DNA of 61,933 nt, counting the filler. It is 3 parts of 3 records of this genome, joined end to end, with 100 filler letters (N's around TTAATTAATTAA, not from the genome) between each part and the next. Parts side by side here need not be neighbours in the genome. Positions count along the whole stretch, not along the records: positions 33,327 to 61,933 come from SRR20825010_1568; 2 more parts are not named here. One strand, written 5' to 3'. Numbering within the stretch: the first letter of the stretch is position 1; each line of letters starts with the position of its first letter. Positions 49,216 to 58,325 of this stretch are shown here, piece after piece. Made by a program: the position numbers and the translations under genes. The notes beneath the pieces are model-generated. The model saw only the letters and a list, made by a program, of their open reading frames with translations, did no database searches and was not told the origin of the DNA.

Positions 49216-49800
49216 ATGAAAGTGATACGTATAGTGGCCTGGGCTGCCGTCGCAGCGGTTGCGATTTTTATGCTCGCGCAGAAATTTACCAGTAGCAAAG
49301 ATGTTGGCGCAGCGCTTGGCGGCGATTTCACGCTGACGGCCCACACGGGCGAACGCATGAGCAACGAGGATTTTCGCGGCAAATATATGCTCATCTATTT
49401 TGGTTACAGCTTTTGCCCGGATGTATGCCCGCTTGAGCTTGCGAAGATGACTCGTGCGCTGCAGCTACTTGAAGACGAAGGTTTTGATACCTCACCCTTG
49501 CAGCCGCTTTTCATTACTGTTGACCCGGAACGGGATACCGTTGAAGCGCTGGACGACTATGTTACGGACTTCCATCCGCGCCTGATTGCACTCACGGGCA
49601 CCATGGAAGAAATTCAAGACGTTGCGCAAAAATACCGTGTATATTTCAAGAAGCGGGTGCAAGAAGGCGTTGACGGGTATCTGATGGACCACCAGTCCTT
49701 TATTCTTGTGATGGACCCGAAGGGCGAATACCAGAGCCTGTTCTCTGCGCGTGATAACCCGGAAGACATGGCAAATGCATTGAAGCCGGTGTTGAAGTGA
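49216..49800 (+). CDS. senC: SCO1/SenC family copper chaperone
   Basis: FGYSFCPDVCP (CxxxC), ITVDPERD, MDH. Confidence 0.92.
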   Translation: MKVIRIVAWAAVAAVAIFMLAQKFTSSKDVGAALGGDFTLTAHTGERMSNEDFRGKYMLIYFGYSFCPDVCPLELAKMTRALQLLEDEGFDTSPLQPLFITVDPERDTVEALDDYVTDFHPRLIALTGTMEEIQDVAQKYRVYFKKRVQEGVDGYLMDHQSFILVMDPKGEYQSLFSARDNPEDMANALKPVLK

Positions 49801-50237
49801 GCGAATTAATGCCTTTCTGGAAAGAAAAAAAGCTGCATGAGATGACCCGCGAAGAGTGGGAAAGCCTGTGTGATGGGTGTGGTAAATGCTGCCTTCACAA
49901 GCTTGAAGACGAAGACACGGGCGAAATTCACTATACCGATATCGCTTGCCGCTTTCTGGATGCGGAAACCACAGCCTGCAGCAAATATATGGTGCGTCAA
50001 CGCTATGTGGGGAACTGTGTGGTGATGAGCCCGGACCTGCTTGATAAATTGCCGTGGATGCCTTCAACCTGCGCTTACCGTCTCTTATATGAGGGGAAGG
50101 ATCTTTTTGACTGGCACCCGCTTGTCTCTGGCTCAAGGGACAGCGTGCATAAAGCGGGGCAGTCGGTTAGGGGCCGCGCTGTTGATGAGCGTGTTGCCGG
50201 CGATTATGAAGATCATCTGGTGGACTGGCCTGCCTGA
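49797..50237 (+). CDS. YcgN family cysteine cluster protein
   Basis: EWESLCDGCGKCCLHK, WMPSTCAYR, WHPLVSG. Confidence 0.9.
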   Translation: MSELMPFWKEKKLHEMTREEWESLCDGCGKCCLHKLEDEDTGEIHYTDIACRFLDAETTACSKYMVRQRYVGNCVVMSPDLLDKLPWMPSTCAYRLLYEGKDLFDWHPLVSGSRDSVHKAGQSVRGRAVDERVAGDYEDHLVDWPA

Positions 50238-50276
50238 GCACGCGGGCCATGCAGGTGGTGACATGGGGGAATAGTC

Positions 50277-50900
50277 TTGTTTTCTGCGATATTTATATCT
50301 GTATTCAAGGTGATGATACCGGTCGGTATCACCGCGTATTTCCTTATTGGCTGGATGCTGCACAGCGGCAAGATCGAACCTTTTGGTAACAAAAAAGAGC
50401 TGGAAGAAAAGCTCAAGGCGCTGAAGAAGGGCCGAAAGGAGCGCAAGGAAAAAGAAACCAACTTTGCGCTCAAAAAATGGATGACATTTGGCGGTGGCTT
50501 TTACGGCACCGCAGCTTTCTACACCTATTTTGTGATTGAGCTTCTGGAGATTATCAGTTTCCTTGGCAAGATGCTGAACCCGGCAAACTGGACGATCAAT
50601 ATCGGTATCGACCTCATCGTCAATTTCATAATCAACAGCATCATGAACTTCGTGTCCGCGATTCTCTGGTTCCAATATTGGGAGATTGGCGGCAATTCCT
50701 ACATCTGGATCAACTTCCTCGCGGCTTATGCGGGCTATTTCCTTGGCAGCAAGATGGCAAACATTCATCTGGCCAAGGATGTGGGCCACCCGCAGCTCTG
50801 GCGCTGGTGGGGTGAGCAGAAAACCAATCATGCACAATCGAAAGCCAAAGCACAGGCAGACGCCAAAACACAGGCAGAGACCGGCGGCCGCGAAGGGTGA
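50277..50900 (+). CDS. Hypothetical membrane protein
   Basis: 207-aa ORF with several hydrophobic helices, co-oriented, 4-bp overlap with next gene; TTG start. Confidence 0.7.
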   Translation: MFSAIFISVFKVMIPVGITAYFLIGWMLHSGKIEPFGNKKELEEKLKALKKGRKERKEKETNFALKKWMTFGGGFYGTAAFYTYFVIELLEIISFLGKMLNPANWTINIGIDLIVNFIINSIMNFVSAILWFQYWEIGGNSYIWINFLAAYAGYFLGSKMANIHLAKDVGHPQLWRWWGEQKTNHAQSKAKAQADAKTQAETGGREG

Positions 50901-51601
50901 ACGAGCCGCTTCATATCACGCTTTCAGGCGAGGAGGTGCCGGTTCGCGTGCGTCGAAGCGGGCGAGCAAAGCGCATGATCCTGCGCATTTGCGATATTTC
51001 AAAAGAAGTGAAATTAACGCTGCCGAAGCGTGCCAGCCTGCGTGCAGCACGCAAGTTTATGGAAAAACACACCTCATGGCTTGAGGACGCCCGGGCAGCA
51101 CTGCCCACGGCACCTCTTGTGATGGACGGCACATTTTTCAGCTTTCGCGGGGTGCCGCACAGGCTTGAGTTCACCGATATGAGCCCGCGTAAGGTTACGC
51201 AGGGCGACGGTGTTATCACGGTTGGCGGCCCACGGGATATGGCGCCCAAGCGCTTGATGTCATGGCTGAAATCGGAAGCCAGAGCGCAGCTAAGGCGCTG
51301 TGCGGATCATCACGCCGAAGCGCTTGGCATAACGTTTGATCGTCTGGCGATTGGGGATATGCGGAGCCGGTGGGGCAGTTGCTCGAGCGCACGCACGCTG
51401 AAATTCAACTGGCGGCTGATCATGGCGGCGGACGAAGTGCTGGATTATGTTGTCGCGCACGAGGTTGCGCACCTTCTTGAGATGAACCACAGCCCCCGTT
51501 TCTGGGCCCATGTTGGCCAGCTCCGGCCCGATTATAAGATCCAGCGCAAGCGGCTTAAGGGCGCGGAAGGCCAAGCGCTTATGGCCGTGCGGTTTGAATG
51601 A
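50897..51601 (+). CDS. YgjP-like (DUF45) zinc metallo-hydrolase
   Basis: RWGSCS, FNWRL, DYVVAHEVAHL (HExxH), NHSPRFW. Confidence 0.9.
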   Translation: MNEPLHITLSGEEVPVRVRRSGRAKRMILRICDISKEVKLTLPKRASLRAARKFMEKHTSWLEDARAALPTAPLVMDGTFFSFRGVPHRLEFTDMSPRKVTQGDGVITVGGPRDMAPKRLMSWLKSEARAQLRRCADHHAEALGITFDRLAIGDMRSRWGSCSSARTLKFNWRLIMAADEVLDYVVAHEVAHLLEMNHSPRFWAHVGQLRPDYKIQRKRLKGAEGQALMAVRFE

Positions 51602-51603
51602 TT

Positions 51604-52008
51604 TCAGGACGCGCCTGCGGGCCTAAGTGCAAACTCTGGCCGGAAGAAAAGCCCCTGTTTCAGGCTGTCCGCAATCCGGTGCGCTTTCTCGGTAGCATAG
51701 GCGGCCAGCTCGGGTGACAACTCCCGCGTCGCGGTCTCGTCAAAAACCTCAAGCCAGAGCGGAAAGTGGCTCGCCTCAAGGCCTTCAAGGCGTTTGTGAA
51801 CCGCAAACGGGTTGCCCTTATAGGCTCGCTCACCCGCCAAAACCGTCATCCAGAAATCGGTCAGGGTTTCGATATGCGCGTCCCAGTGATCCGCCAGTTT
51901 GTCTTCAAAAATCGGGCCCAGAACAGCGTGCGCGCGGATGCCCTGATAAAAGGCCTCCACGAAGGATTTGATCAGGCTGCGGTCCAGGTTTCCACTAATA
52001 GCGGTCAT
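51604..52008 (-). CDS. Group III truncated haemoglobin
   Basis: VEAFYQGIR, LGPIF, WDAHI..LTDFW, GNPFAVH, HFPLWL. Confidence 0.9.
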   Translation of the reverse strand: MTAISGNLDRSLIKSFVEAFYQGIRAHAVLGPIFEDKLADHWDAHIETLTDFWMTVLAGERAYKGNPFAVHKRLEGLEASHFPLWLEVFDETATRELSPELAAYATEKAHRIADSLKQGLFFRPEFALRPAGAS

Positions 52009-52015
52009 GGCTTTT

Positions 52016-52049
52016 CCTATTATCTAAAAGCAAGTCTATAGATAATAGG
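52016..52049. promoter_or_regulatory. 11-bp perfect inverted repeat overlapping the truncated haemoglobin RBS
   Basis: CCTATTATCTA (52016-52026) / TAGATAATAGG (52039-52049), 12-nt spacer, 7 nt from the ATG. Confidence 0.6.
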
Positions 52050-52212
52050 TGGCGCAAAATACACAAGGCTTGTGTGTCGATGAGGACGATATGCCGCATC
52101 TGACGAGCCGTGCAGGCCCCCAAATTACGCCACAGATGTGTGGCATAACCCCGTTTTTTGGGTGAAAGTGTGACGGTTTTTGTGGCGTAGGTGTGGCGTA
52201 AAGTGTGGTGCG

Positions 52213-52608
52213 TTAACGCGCAGCGAAAATCCAGCTGCCAAACAGGTTTTTGAGCCCATCCGCTTCCGCCAGAATATCGTCTTTTGTGTCGATGCTGAGC
52301 ACACCACGGTTGGCGGCAGGCCATGTCATCCGGCCGGTGGTGTCTTTAAAATCGACAACCTTGTCGGCTGCGCCCTTCGCGCCGCAATGGAAGATCATCT
52401 GCAGCCCACCCTTGGGGGCCAGTCGCATGGTCAGCCGGTCGTCACCATCAATGCAAAAGCTCGGGCCATTCCATTTGATCTGCTCAGAAATTTCATCGCT
52501 AATGCCCAGCACCATATCGCGCAACAGATCAATCGTGTCACGCTCAGCGTGAGCCAGCCCGTCAAGGAATGCATCAACCTTGGGGTTGCGGGTTTTTGCT
52601 CTCTGCAT
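52213..52608 (-). CDS. DUF1801 (YdhG-like) protein
   Basis: VDAFL, LRDMVL, EQIKWNGPSF, IFHCGAK; ATG 52608 preceded by GAGG. Confidence 0.82.
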   Translation of the reverse strand: MQRAKTRNPKVDAFLDGLAHAERDTIDLLRDMVLGISDEISEQIKWNGPSFCIDGDDRLTMRLAPKGGLQMIFHCGAKGAADKVVDFKDTTGRMTWPAANRGVLSIDTKDDILAEADGLKNLFGSWIFAAR

Positions 52609-52618
52609 CAGCTTATCC

Positions 52619-54628
52619 TCAGTTGCCAAACAAACGGCGAAAGAACCCCTTCTTTTTATCGCCGTCTTCATCTTCACGTTCTTCCTCGTAATCTTTTGCA
52701 GCTTTGATGAAAAGCGCAGAATCGGCAAGGAGCGGCCTCACGGGTTCTCCTGCGTGGGCTTCCAGCATGAAATCACCCCAGATGCGGGCAGGCAAGCCGC
52801 CACCGGTGACACCTTTCATGGGCGTGCCGTCATCATTACCAACCCACACCGCTGCCGTCATATCGCTGGTGAAACCGGCAAACACCGCATCGCGGCTGTC
52901 TTGCGAGGTGCCGGATTTGCCCGCGGCTGGCCGGTCGATTTGTGCGTTTTTGCCTGAACCCCATTCAACAACGGAGGTCAGCATGCTCGCCATATCTTCC
53001 ACCACAGGGTAAGTGAGCACCGCGCGCGGGCTTAAGGGGTTGCGCCGGTATATCACTTGCCCCTCAAGCGTGGTGATCTCGACAATGCCGTAAGGCTCTG
53101 CTTCAAAGCCGCCGTTGGCGATCGCAGCATAGGCGCCGGTCAGGTCCACAAGTTTCACTTCTTCGGTGCCGAGCGGCAGGCTCGCGAGTGGGGATACATG
53201 GGTTGTGATGCCAAGGCGTTTTGCCATCAGGGCCACCCTGTCACGGCCCACTTCTTCCGCCACCTGAACCGCGACGGTGTTGATGGAACGGGCAAAGGCT
53301 TCGCGCACATCCATGTCGCCTGAAAACACGCCGGTGTAGTTTTTGGGTGACCAGCCATCAATATTGATCATCTGGTCGCGGTAGCGGTCGTTTGGGTCAA
53401 TACCTGCTTCAAGGGCAGCGAGATATGAGAACAGCTTAAAGGCGGAGCCCGGTTGCCTGAGCGCCTGCACCGCGCGGTTATATTGGCTTTTGCCGTAATC
53501 TGCACCGCCTACCATGCCGCGCACGGCCCCGTCGTGGTCCATGGCTACAATGGCACCCTGGCTTGCGCCGCGCCGCGCGCCTTCTTCCCCAAGGCCACGG
53601 TCCAGCGCCATGGCTGCCGCGCGCTGCACGCCGGGGTCAAGCGTTGTGTATATGACTAGCGATTTGCCGCGCGACATGGGCGCAACCTTGTCCGTTTCAC
53701 TCAACACCCAGTCGGTGAAATAGCGCACATCACGGCCCGAGGCAGAGCCGCGGATGGTGGGTGGTTGGGTTTTGATCTTCTCCGCTGCCGCGCGCGTCAG
53801 CGCGCCAGCGTCCACCATGGTGTTGAGCACAACCCGCGCCCTGTCCCATGCCCCTTCGGGGTTGATGTGCGGTGCGAGGCTTGAGGGTGCTTTCACAAGG
53901 CCCGCCAGCATGGCACTTTCCGCTACCGAAAGCGTGGTGGCGCTATGGCCGAAAAACTTGCGGGACGCCGCGTCGATACCGTAGGCCCCACCGCCAAAAT
54001 ACACCCGGTTAAGGTACAGCGTCATGATCTGGTTTTTGGTGAACTTCTGCTCAAGCCAGAAGGCGAGCAAAAGCTCCTGCGCTTTCCGCTTCATGGTGCG
54101 TTCGTTTGAAAGGAACAGGTTTTTAGCCAGTTGCTGGGTGATGGTGCTGCCGCCCGCGCGCACCCGGCCTGCGGCCAAATTCGAGACCACAGCGCGTCCA
54201 AGCCCACGTATATCGATGCCGGAGTGGTTGAAAAAATGCCTGTCCTCCACAGCCATAAAGGCCCGCACAAGGACTTCCGGTGCCTCGGAATATTGCACCC
54301 AGTCGCCATAAATGGGCCCTTGGGTCACAAGGGTTGCACCGTTCGCGGCCTTGATCACAACGGCCTGGTCACCAGCACCGGGCGCAGGTGGGTTATCAAG
54401 GTTGGGCAGGTCAAGCGCCAGATAGGCGAGGGTGATAAGCCCAATGATAAAACCCCACACGCCCACAACAGCACCAGCATAAAGGATGCGGCGCAGGCGG
54501 GATTTCCCCTTTGGCGGGGTTTGGCTCTCAACCCTCATTTTGGCATTGGCGCGGCCCGAGGTCTTTTTCGCAGGCTGGGCGTTCTTGCCTTGCTTGGGGC
54601 TCGCCTTTTTGGTGGGCTTTTTACTCAA
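52619..54628 (-). CDS. Penicillin-binding protein 1A family (transglycosylase/transpeptidase)
   Basis: EDRHF, GGSTITQQLAKN, RKAQE, YLNRVYFG; SAFK (SxxK), SIN, KSG; TTG 54628 with AAGGA RBS preferred to 54874. Confidence 0.93.
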   Translation of the reverse strand: MSKKPTKKASPKQGKNAQPAKKTSGRANAKMRVESQTPPKGKSRLRRILYAGAVVGVWGFIIGLITLAYLALDLPNLDNPPAPGAGDQAVVIKAANGATLVTQGPIYGDWVQYSEAPEVLVRAFMAVEDRHFFNHSGIDIRGLGRAVVSNLAAGRVRAGGSTITQQLAKNLFLSNERTMKRKAQELLLAFWLEQKFTKNQIMTLYLNRVYFGGGAYGIDAASRKFFGHSATTLSVAESAMLAGLVKAPSSLAPHINPEGAWDRARVVLNTMVDAGALTRAAAEKIKTQPPTIRGSASGRDVRYFTDWVLSETDKVAPMSRGKSLVIYTTLDPGVQRAAAMALDRGLGEEGARRGASQGAIVAMDHDGAVRGMVGGADYGKSQYNRAVQALRQPGSAFKLFSYLAALEAGIDPNDRYRDQMINIDGWSPKNYTGVFSGDMDVREAFARSINTVAVQVAEEVGRDRVALMAKRLGITTHVSPLASLPLGTEEVKLVDLTGAYAAIANGGFEAEPYGIVEITTLEGQVIYRRNPLSPRAVLTYPVVEDMASMLTSVVEWGSGKNAQIDRPAAGKSGTSQDSRDAVFAGFTSDMTAAVWVGNDDGTPMKGVTGGGLPARIWGDFMLEAHAGEPVRPLLADSALFIKAAKDYEEEREDEDGDKKKGFFRRLFGN

Positions 54629-54733
54629 GTGTTTGTTGTCCTTTTCCTCACTGCAGCCTCTTTTAGCATGGGCATCAATTGGGGCAAAGTTGCGAAAACA
54701 AGAATTTGCGCGCATCCACAAACAAATCTTTAA

Positions 54734-54755
54734 ACTAACCGAACGATTGGTTAGT
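54734..54755. promoter_or_regulatory. Putative TetR operator
   Basis: ACTAACC-N8-GGTTAGT inverted repeat 24 bp upstream of the TetR ATG. Confidence 0.6.
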
Positions 54756-54779
54756 ATGACCGTATGTTGGGAGAACACC

Positions 54780-55337
54780 ATGCCGCGCATTGCTAAATTC
54801 ACCCGGCCTGTGATGGCCGACAAGTTGACTGAGGTTTTCAAAGGCTTTGGGTATGAGGGCGCGAGCCTCTCCATGCTGGCGGAGGCGGTGGAGTTGTCAA
54901 AAGCAAGCCTTTATCACCACTTCCCCGGTGGCAAGGCGGATATTGCAGCGCATGTGCTGGCGCATTCGGGCGCGAAGCTGCAGCGGCTCGTGCTTTCGCC
55001 GCTCACAGGCAAGGGTGCTGGCGCTGAGCGTGCTCATGCGTCCCTTAAAGGGGCAGCTTTATATTATAGCGGCGACGTACCCATTTGCCTGATGAACAGC
55101 CTGTTGCTTGGCGAAGGGCGCAGCCTTTTTGGCGCGCAGATCAAAGGGGCGGTGGATGCCTGGGCAAAGGGGCTTGCCGCTGCAGCCACTGACAGTGGCT
55201 TCTCAAGGCGCGACGGTGAACGCTGGGCCACCGAGGCGATTGAGCGCATACAAGGTGGTCTTATCCTCTGCCGCGTGCAGGGCAGCCGAAAACCCCTTGA
55301 AGCCTGTCTTGAACGGTTGGAGACGGAGCTTTCTTGA
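54780..55337 (+). CDS. TetR/AcrR family transcriptional regulator
   Basis: GYEGASLSMLAEAVELSKASLYHHFPGGK HTH; ATG 54780 with GGAG RBS. Confidence 0.92.
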   Translation: MPRIAKFTRPVMADKLTEVFKGFGYEGASLSMLAEAVELSKASLYHHFPGGKADIAAHVLAHSGAKLQRLVLSPLTGKGAGAERAHASLKGAALYYSGDVPICLMNSLLLGEGRSLFGAQIKGAVDAWAKGLAAAATDSGFSRRDGERWATEAIERIQGGLILCRVQGSRKPLEACLERLETELS

Positions 55338-55394
55338 ACCCACCCCGCTGTGTTCCTAAATATATTTTAGAGCGGAAAAACAAGGGCGGACTTC

Positions 55395-55742
55395 ATGATC
55401 GAGCTTGAGCATACTGCGAGCGATGAGCGCTGCAATTTCCTTCTGCACCGAATGGTGCACACCGGTGCTGCCATACATTTTCCCGACCGGTCATCTGCTG
55501 CGGGGTCACCGCTTGCTGAGAAATTGTTCGAAATTGTTGGCGTGGCGTCGGTTGCTGTCGGGCAGGACTATGTGTCTGTTTATAAAGATAAAGACCATAG
55601 CTGGGACACGGTGGTCCCTGAGATCACGGCTTTCCTTGAAGGTGTTTTCCCGCCCGACCTGAGTGAAAACGATGAAGAGTTCTGGCGCGGCTGGATCGCA
55701 GCGGAACTGCTTGTTGGTGCCGGATTGTTTCTGGGGCTGTAG
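55395..55742 (+). CDS. Stand-alone NifU/Nfu N-terminal domain protein
   Basis: Aligns by eye with the N-domain of the next gene (SPLAE, GVA.V..G.D, W..V.P); no CxxC domain. Confidence 0.72.
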   Translation: MIELEHTASDERCNFLLHRMVHTGAAIHFPDRSSAAGSPLAEKLFEIVGVASVAVGQDYVSVYKDKDHSWDTVVPEITAFLEGVFPPDLSENDEEFWRGWIAAELLVGAGLFLGL

Positions 55743-55818
55743 GGCCTTAGACCTATATTTTAAGCCTGATTTCAGGGCTTTCTTTTGGGTGGTGCGCCAG
55801 CATGTCGCTATCTTGTGA

Positions 55819-55847
55819 CTTGACGGGTGAGCAAAAAAACACCACAT
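55819..55847 (+). promoter_or_regulatory. Possible RpoH-type promoter for nfuA
   Basis: CTTGAC-N17-CCACAT upstream of ATG 55875. Confidence 0.35.
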
Positions 55848-55874
55848 GGAGGCTAAATCAAGAAGGATTTAGTC

Positions 55875-56438
55875 ATGTTTATCGAAACCGAAGCCACACC
55901 GAACCCCGATACGCTGAAATTCCTGCCGGGCCGCGCTGTTCTGGAGACAGGCACAGCCAACTTCGCAAGCCCCGAGGGTGCGGATGCCTCTCCGCTTGCG
56001 GAAGCCATGTTCCGGCTCGACGGTGTTGCCGGTGTGTTCCTTGGCTATGACTTCATCACCATCACCAAAGCCACCGAGACCGAGTGGGAAGACGTGAAGC
56101 CAAATGTGCTTGCGGGCCTGATGCAGTTTTTCTCGTCTGGCGCGCCAGTGCTCACGCATCCAAGCTCAAACGGTGAAGACCTCGCGGTGGATGAAGACGA
56201 AGCCGATGCTGATATCACCAGCCAGATCAAAACGCTGCTGGATGAAAAAATCCGCCCGGCGGTCGCGGGTGATGGTGGCGATATTATCTATCGTGGTTTC
56301 AAGGAAGGTGTTGTTTACCTTCAACTGCAGGGCGCGTGTTCAGGCTGCCCAAGCAGCACAATCACGCTCAAGCACGGTATTGAGAACCTTCTCAAATATT
56401 ATGTGCCGGAAGTTGTGGATGTGCGCGCGATCGACTAG
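55875..56438 (+). CDS. nfuA: NifU/NfuA family Fe-S cluster carrier
   Basis: MFIETEATPNP, IRPAVAGDGGDI, GACSGCPSS (CxxC). Confidence 0.92.
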   Translation: MFIETEATPNPDTLKFLPGRAVLETGTANFASPEGADASPLAEAMFRLDGVAGVFLGYDFITITKATETEWEDVKPNVLAGLMQFFSSGAPVLTHPSSNGEDLAVDEDEADADITSQIKTLLDEKIRPAVAGDGGDIIYRGFKEGVVYLQLQGACSGCPSSTITLKHGIENLLKYYVPEVVDVRAID

Positions 56439-56473
56439 GCCCTTGAACTTAGGCCCTGGGCACGACCGCTACC

Positions 56474-57541
56474 CTAGTCCAGCACCCCGCCGGGCACATA
56501 GAAAAACTGACCAAGCCAATACCAGCGGCCTTGACCAGCCGGGAGCGTGCAATTGATACGGTTGCGCCCTTTGGGGAAGGGTTCCTTGAACCGTACTTCT
56601 ATACGGTTGCCCTCAAGCGTTAAAAGTTCCGCCGGTTTGCCCAGATGGCTTGGGTAACAGGCAAGGGCTGACAGCCCGCGCACGCTATCATCAACGGTGA
56701 AACCAAAAAGCGGCGGGTTGCGATCCTCCGTGAGAAGCGGTTCAAGCGGCACCACATCGCTGACCGGCAAGGCCATGGTGCCCGCGATCAGCCTGAAGCG
56801 GTCCATCTCGCCGTACCGCTCATTCACCGGGAAGCGCGGCAGGCTGTAGGCGTCGCTCCACGCTGCAGCTGCACCTGAAACCTGCGCGAAAGCGGCAGTG
56901 AAACCTTCCTTCTCAATCGCGGTTTTGATCTCGGTATTATATTCGCCGTAAGGGTAGGCAAACAGCTTGGGTACAAAACCAAGCTCGGCTTCAAAGCGCG
57001 CGCTGGCGGTACGCACATCGGCCATGGCGGCTTCAAGCCCGGCGTCAATCATATGGAGGTGGGTGGCTGTGTGATGCGCGATCTCGACGCCGTCACTGTG
57101 AAGTGCGCGCACGTCATCCCAATCCATATAGTTGCTGCTGGGGCTATCCACCGGCTCGGTGGAGACAAAAAGCGTCATGGGAATACCGGCCCGCTTGAGC
57201 CGGGGCCATGCATGATCAGCTACAGATTTATAGGCGTCATCCACCGTAATGGCGACGGTGCGCTCAGGCAGCGCTTCGTTGGCCTTGAGGCGGCGGACAA
57301 TCTCACCAAGGGGCAGGAAATTAGAACCGTTTTCTTTCAGTTCTTTGATCTGGGCGTCTAGCTGTTCCAGCCGCACGTTGGTGCTGGGGTAATCATCTTC
57401 CCCGAAGCGGTGGTACAGGAGTATGGCGGCGGATTGGTCCGCGAAGGCTGCGCTGCTGCCGAGAAGCGCGACCGCCAGCAAGGAGGCCAGAAGTTTGTGC
57501 CAAATCTCATTATGCCGTTTCAGGGTCGCGCTATTTTTCAT
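56474..57541 (-). CDS. Exported polysaccharide deacetylase (CE4/NodB family)
   Basis: Signal peptide; LLYHRF, ITVDDAY, HTATH, FAYPYGE, LPRF. Confidence 0.9.
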   Translation of the reverse strand: MKNSATLKRHNEIWHKLLASLLAVALLGSSAAFADQSAAILLYHRFGEDDYPSTNVRLEQLDAQIKELKENGSNFLPLGEIVRRLKANEALPERTVAITVDDAYKSVADHAWPRLKRAGIPMTLFVSTEPVDSPSSNYMDWDDVRALHSDGVEIAHHTATHLHMIDAGLEAAMADVRTASARFEAELGFVPKLFAYPYGEYNTEIKTAIEKEGFTAAFAQVSGAAAAWSDAYSLPRFPVNERYGEMDRFRLIAGTMALPVSDVVPLEPLLTEDRNPPLFGFTVDDSVRGLSALACYPSHLGKPAELLTLEGNRIEVRFKEPFPKGRNRINCTLPAGQGRWYWLGQFFYVPGGVLD

Positions 57542-57659
57542 CTGAGGTCCCTCATTTGATGCCTAGTCTTGCCTTGTTTGGCGCAAACTGGCAAGACGGG
57601 GCGCGAAGAAGGTGCTTCTTTAATATTGCACCGCGCATCTTGCGAACGGACCTATAAGC

Positions 57660-58325
57660 ATGGCAACCCCCGGCATTATTTTGGCAATTGATACCTGCGA
57701 AGGCAGTTGCTCCGCCGCCCTGGTGGCGGGTGATGCGGTGTTGGCTGCACGGTCTGAGGCCATTGGCCGCGGGCACGCCGAGCGGCTTTTGCCGATGATA
57801 GACGAAATGCTCCATGAAGCTAGCTGTACCTATGATGGCGTTGAGCGCATCGCAGTAACGGTTGGCCCCGGCACTTTTACCGGCTTACGCATTGGGCTTT
57901 CAGTGGCGCGGGGGCTTGGCCTTGCACTCAACAAACCCGTGATCGGGCTGACCAGCCTTCAAGTGCTGGCTGCGCAGGCTGGCGCGGGAGAGGGTGAGCG
58001 GGTGCACGCGGTACTTATGGGCCGGGGCGGGCAGGCATTTTACCAGGCCTTTAGCGCACGGCCGGGCGAATTGCCTGAAAGCCTTGGTGAGCCAGGCGGC
58101 CTTGACGGCGCAGATATCGCGGCGCTGGTGGCAGCGGCCCCCGGTGTGGTGATTGGCAGTGGCGCAGTGCTTCTGGACGATGACGCGCAGGGCGCGGTGG
58201 TGGACCCGGTGATGCTTGCGCGGCTCGCATCAAACCTCGACCCAAAAGATTATCTGCCAGAGCCTGCCTATTTCCGCGCGGCTGATGCGGTGAAAGCCAA
58301 GGCGCTTTTACCCATTCAGCAATGA
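57660..58325 (+). CDS. tsaB: tRNA threonylcarbamoyladenosine biosynthesis protein
   Basis: ILAIDT, GHAERL, VTVGPGTFTGLRIG. Confidence 0.93.
   Translation: MATPGIILAIDTCEGSCSAALVAGDAVLAARSEAIGRGHAERLLPMIDEMLHEASCTYDGVERIAVTVGPGTFTGLRIGLSVARGLGLALNKPVIGLTSLQVLAAQAGAGEGERVHAVLMGRGGQAFYQAFSARPGELPESLGEPGGLDGADIAALVAAAPGVVIGSGAVLLDDDAQGAVVDPVMLARLASNLDPKDYLPEPAYFRAADAVKAKALLPIQQ

Noticed and set aside
52125-52201. Mini-CRISPR interpretation of the repeated 9-mers
   Set aside because: Repeats too short, irregular spacing, mixed orientation, no cas genes
54486-54874. Apparent long overlap of PBP1A and TetR ORFs
   Set aside because: Artefact of maximal ORF starts; likely starts 54628 and 54780 leave a normal divergent promoter
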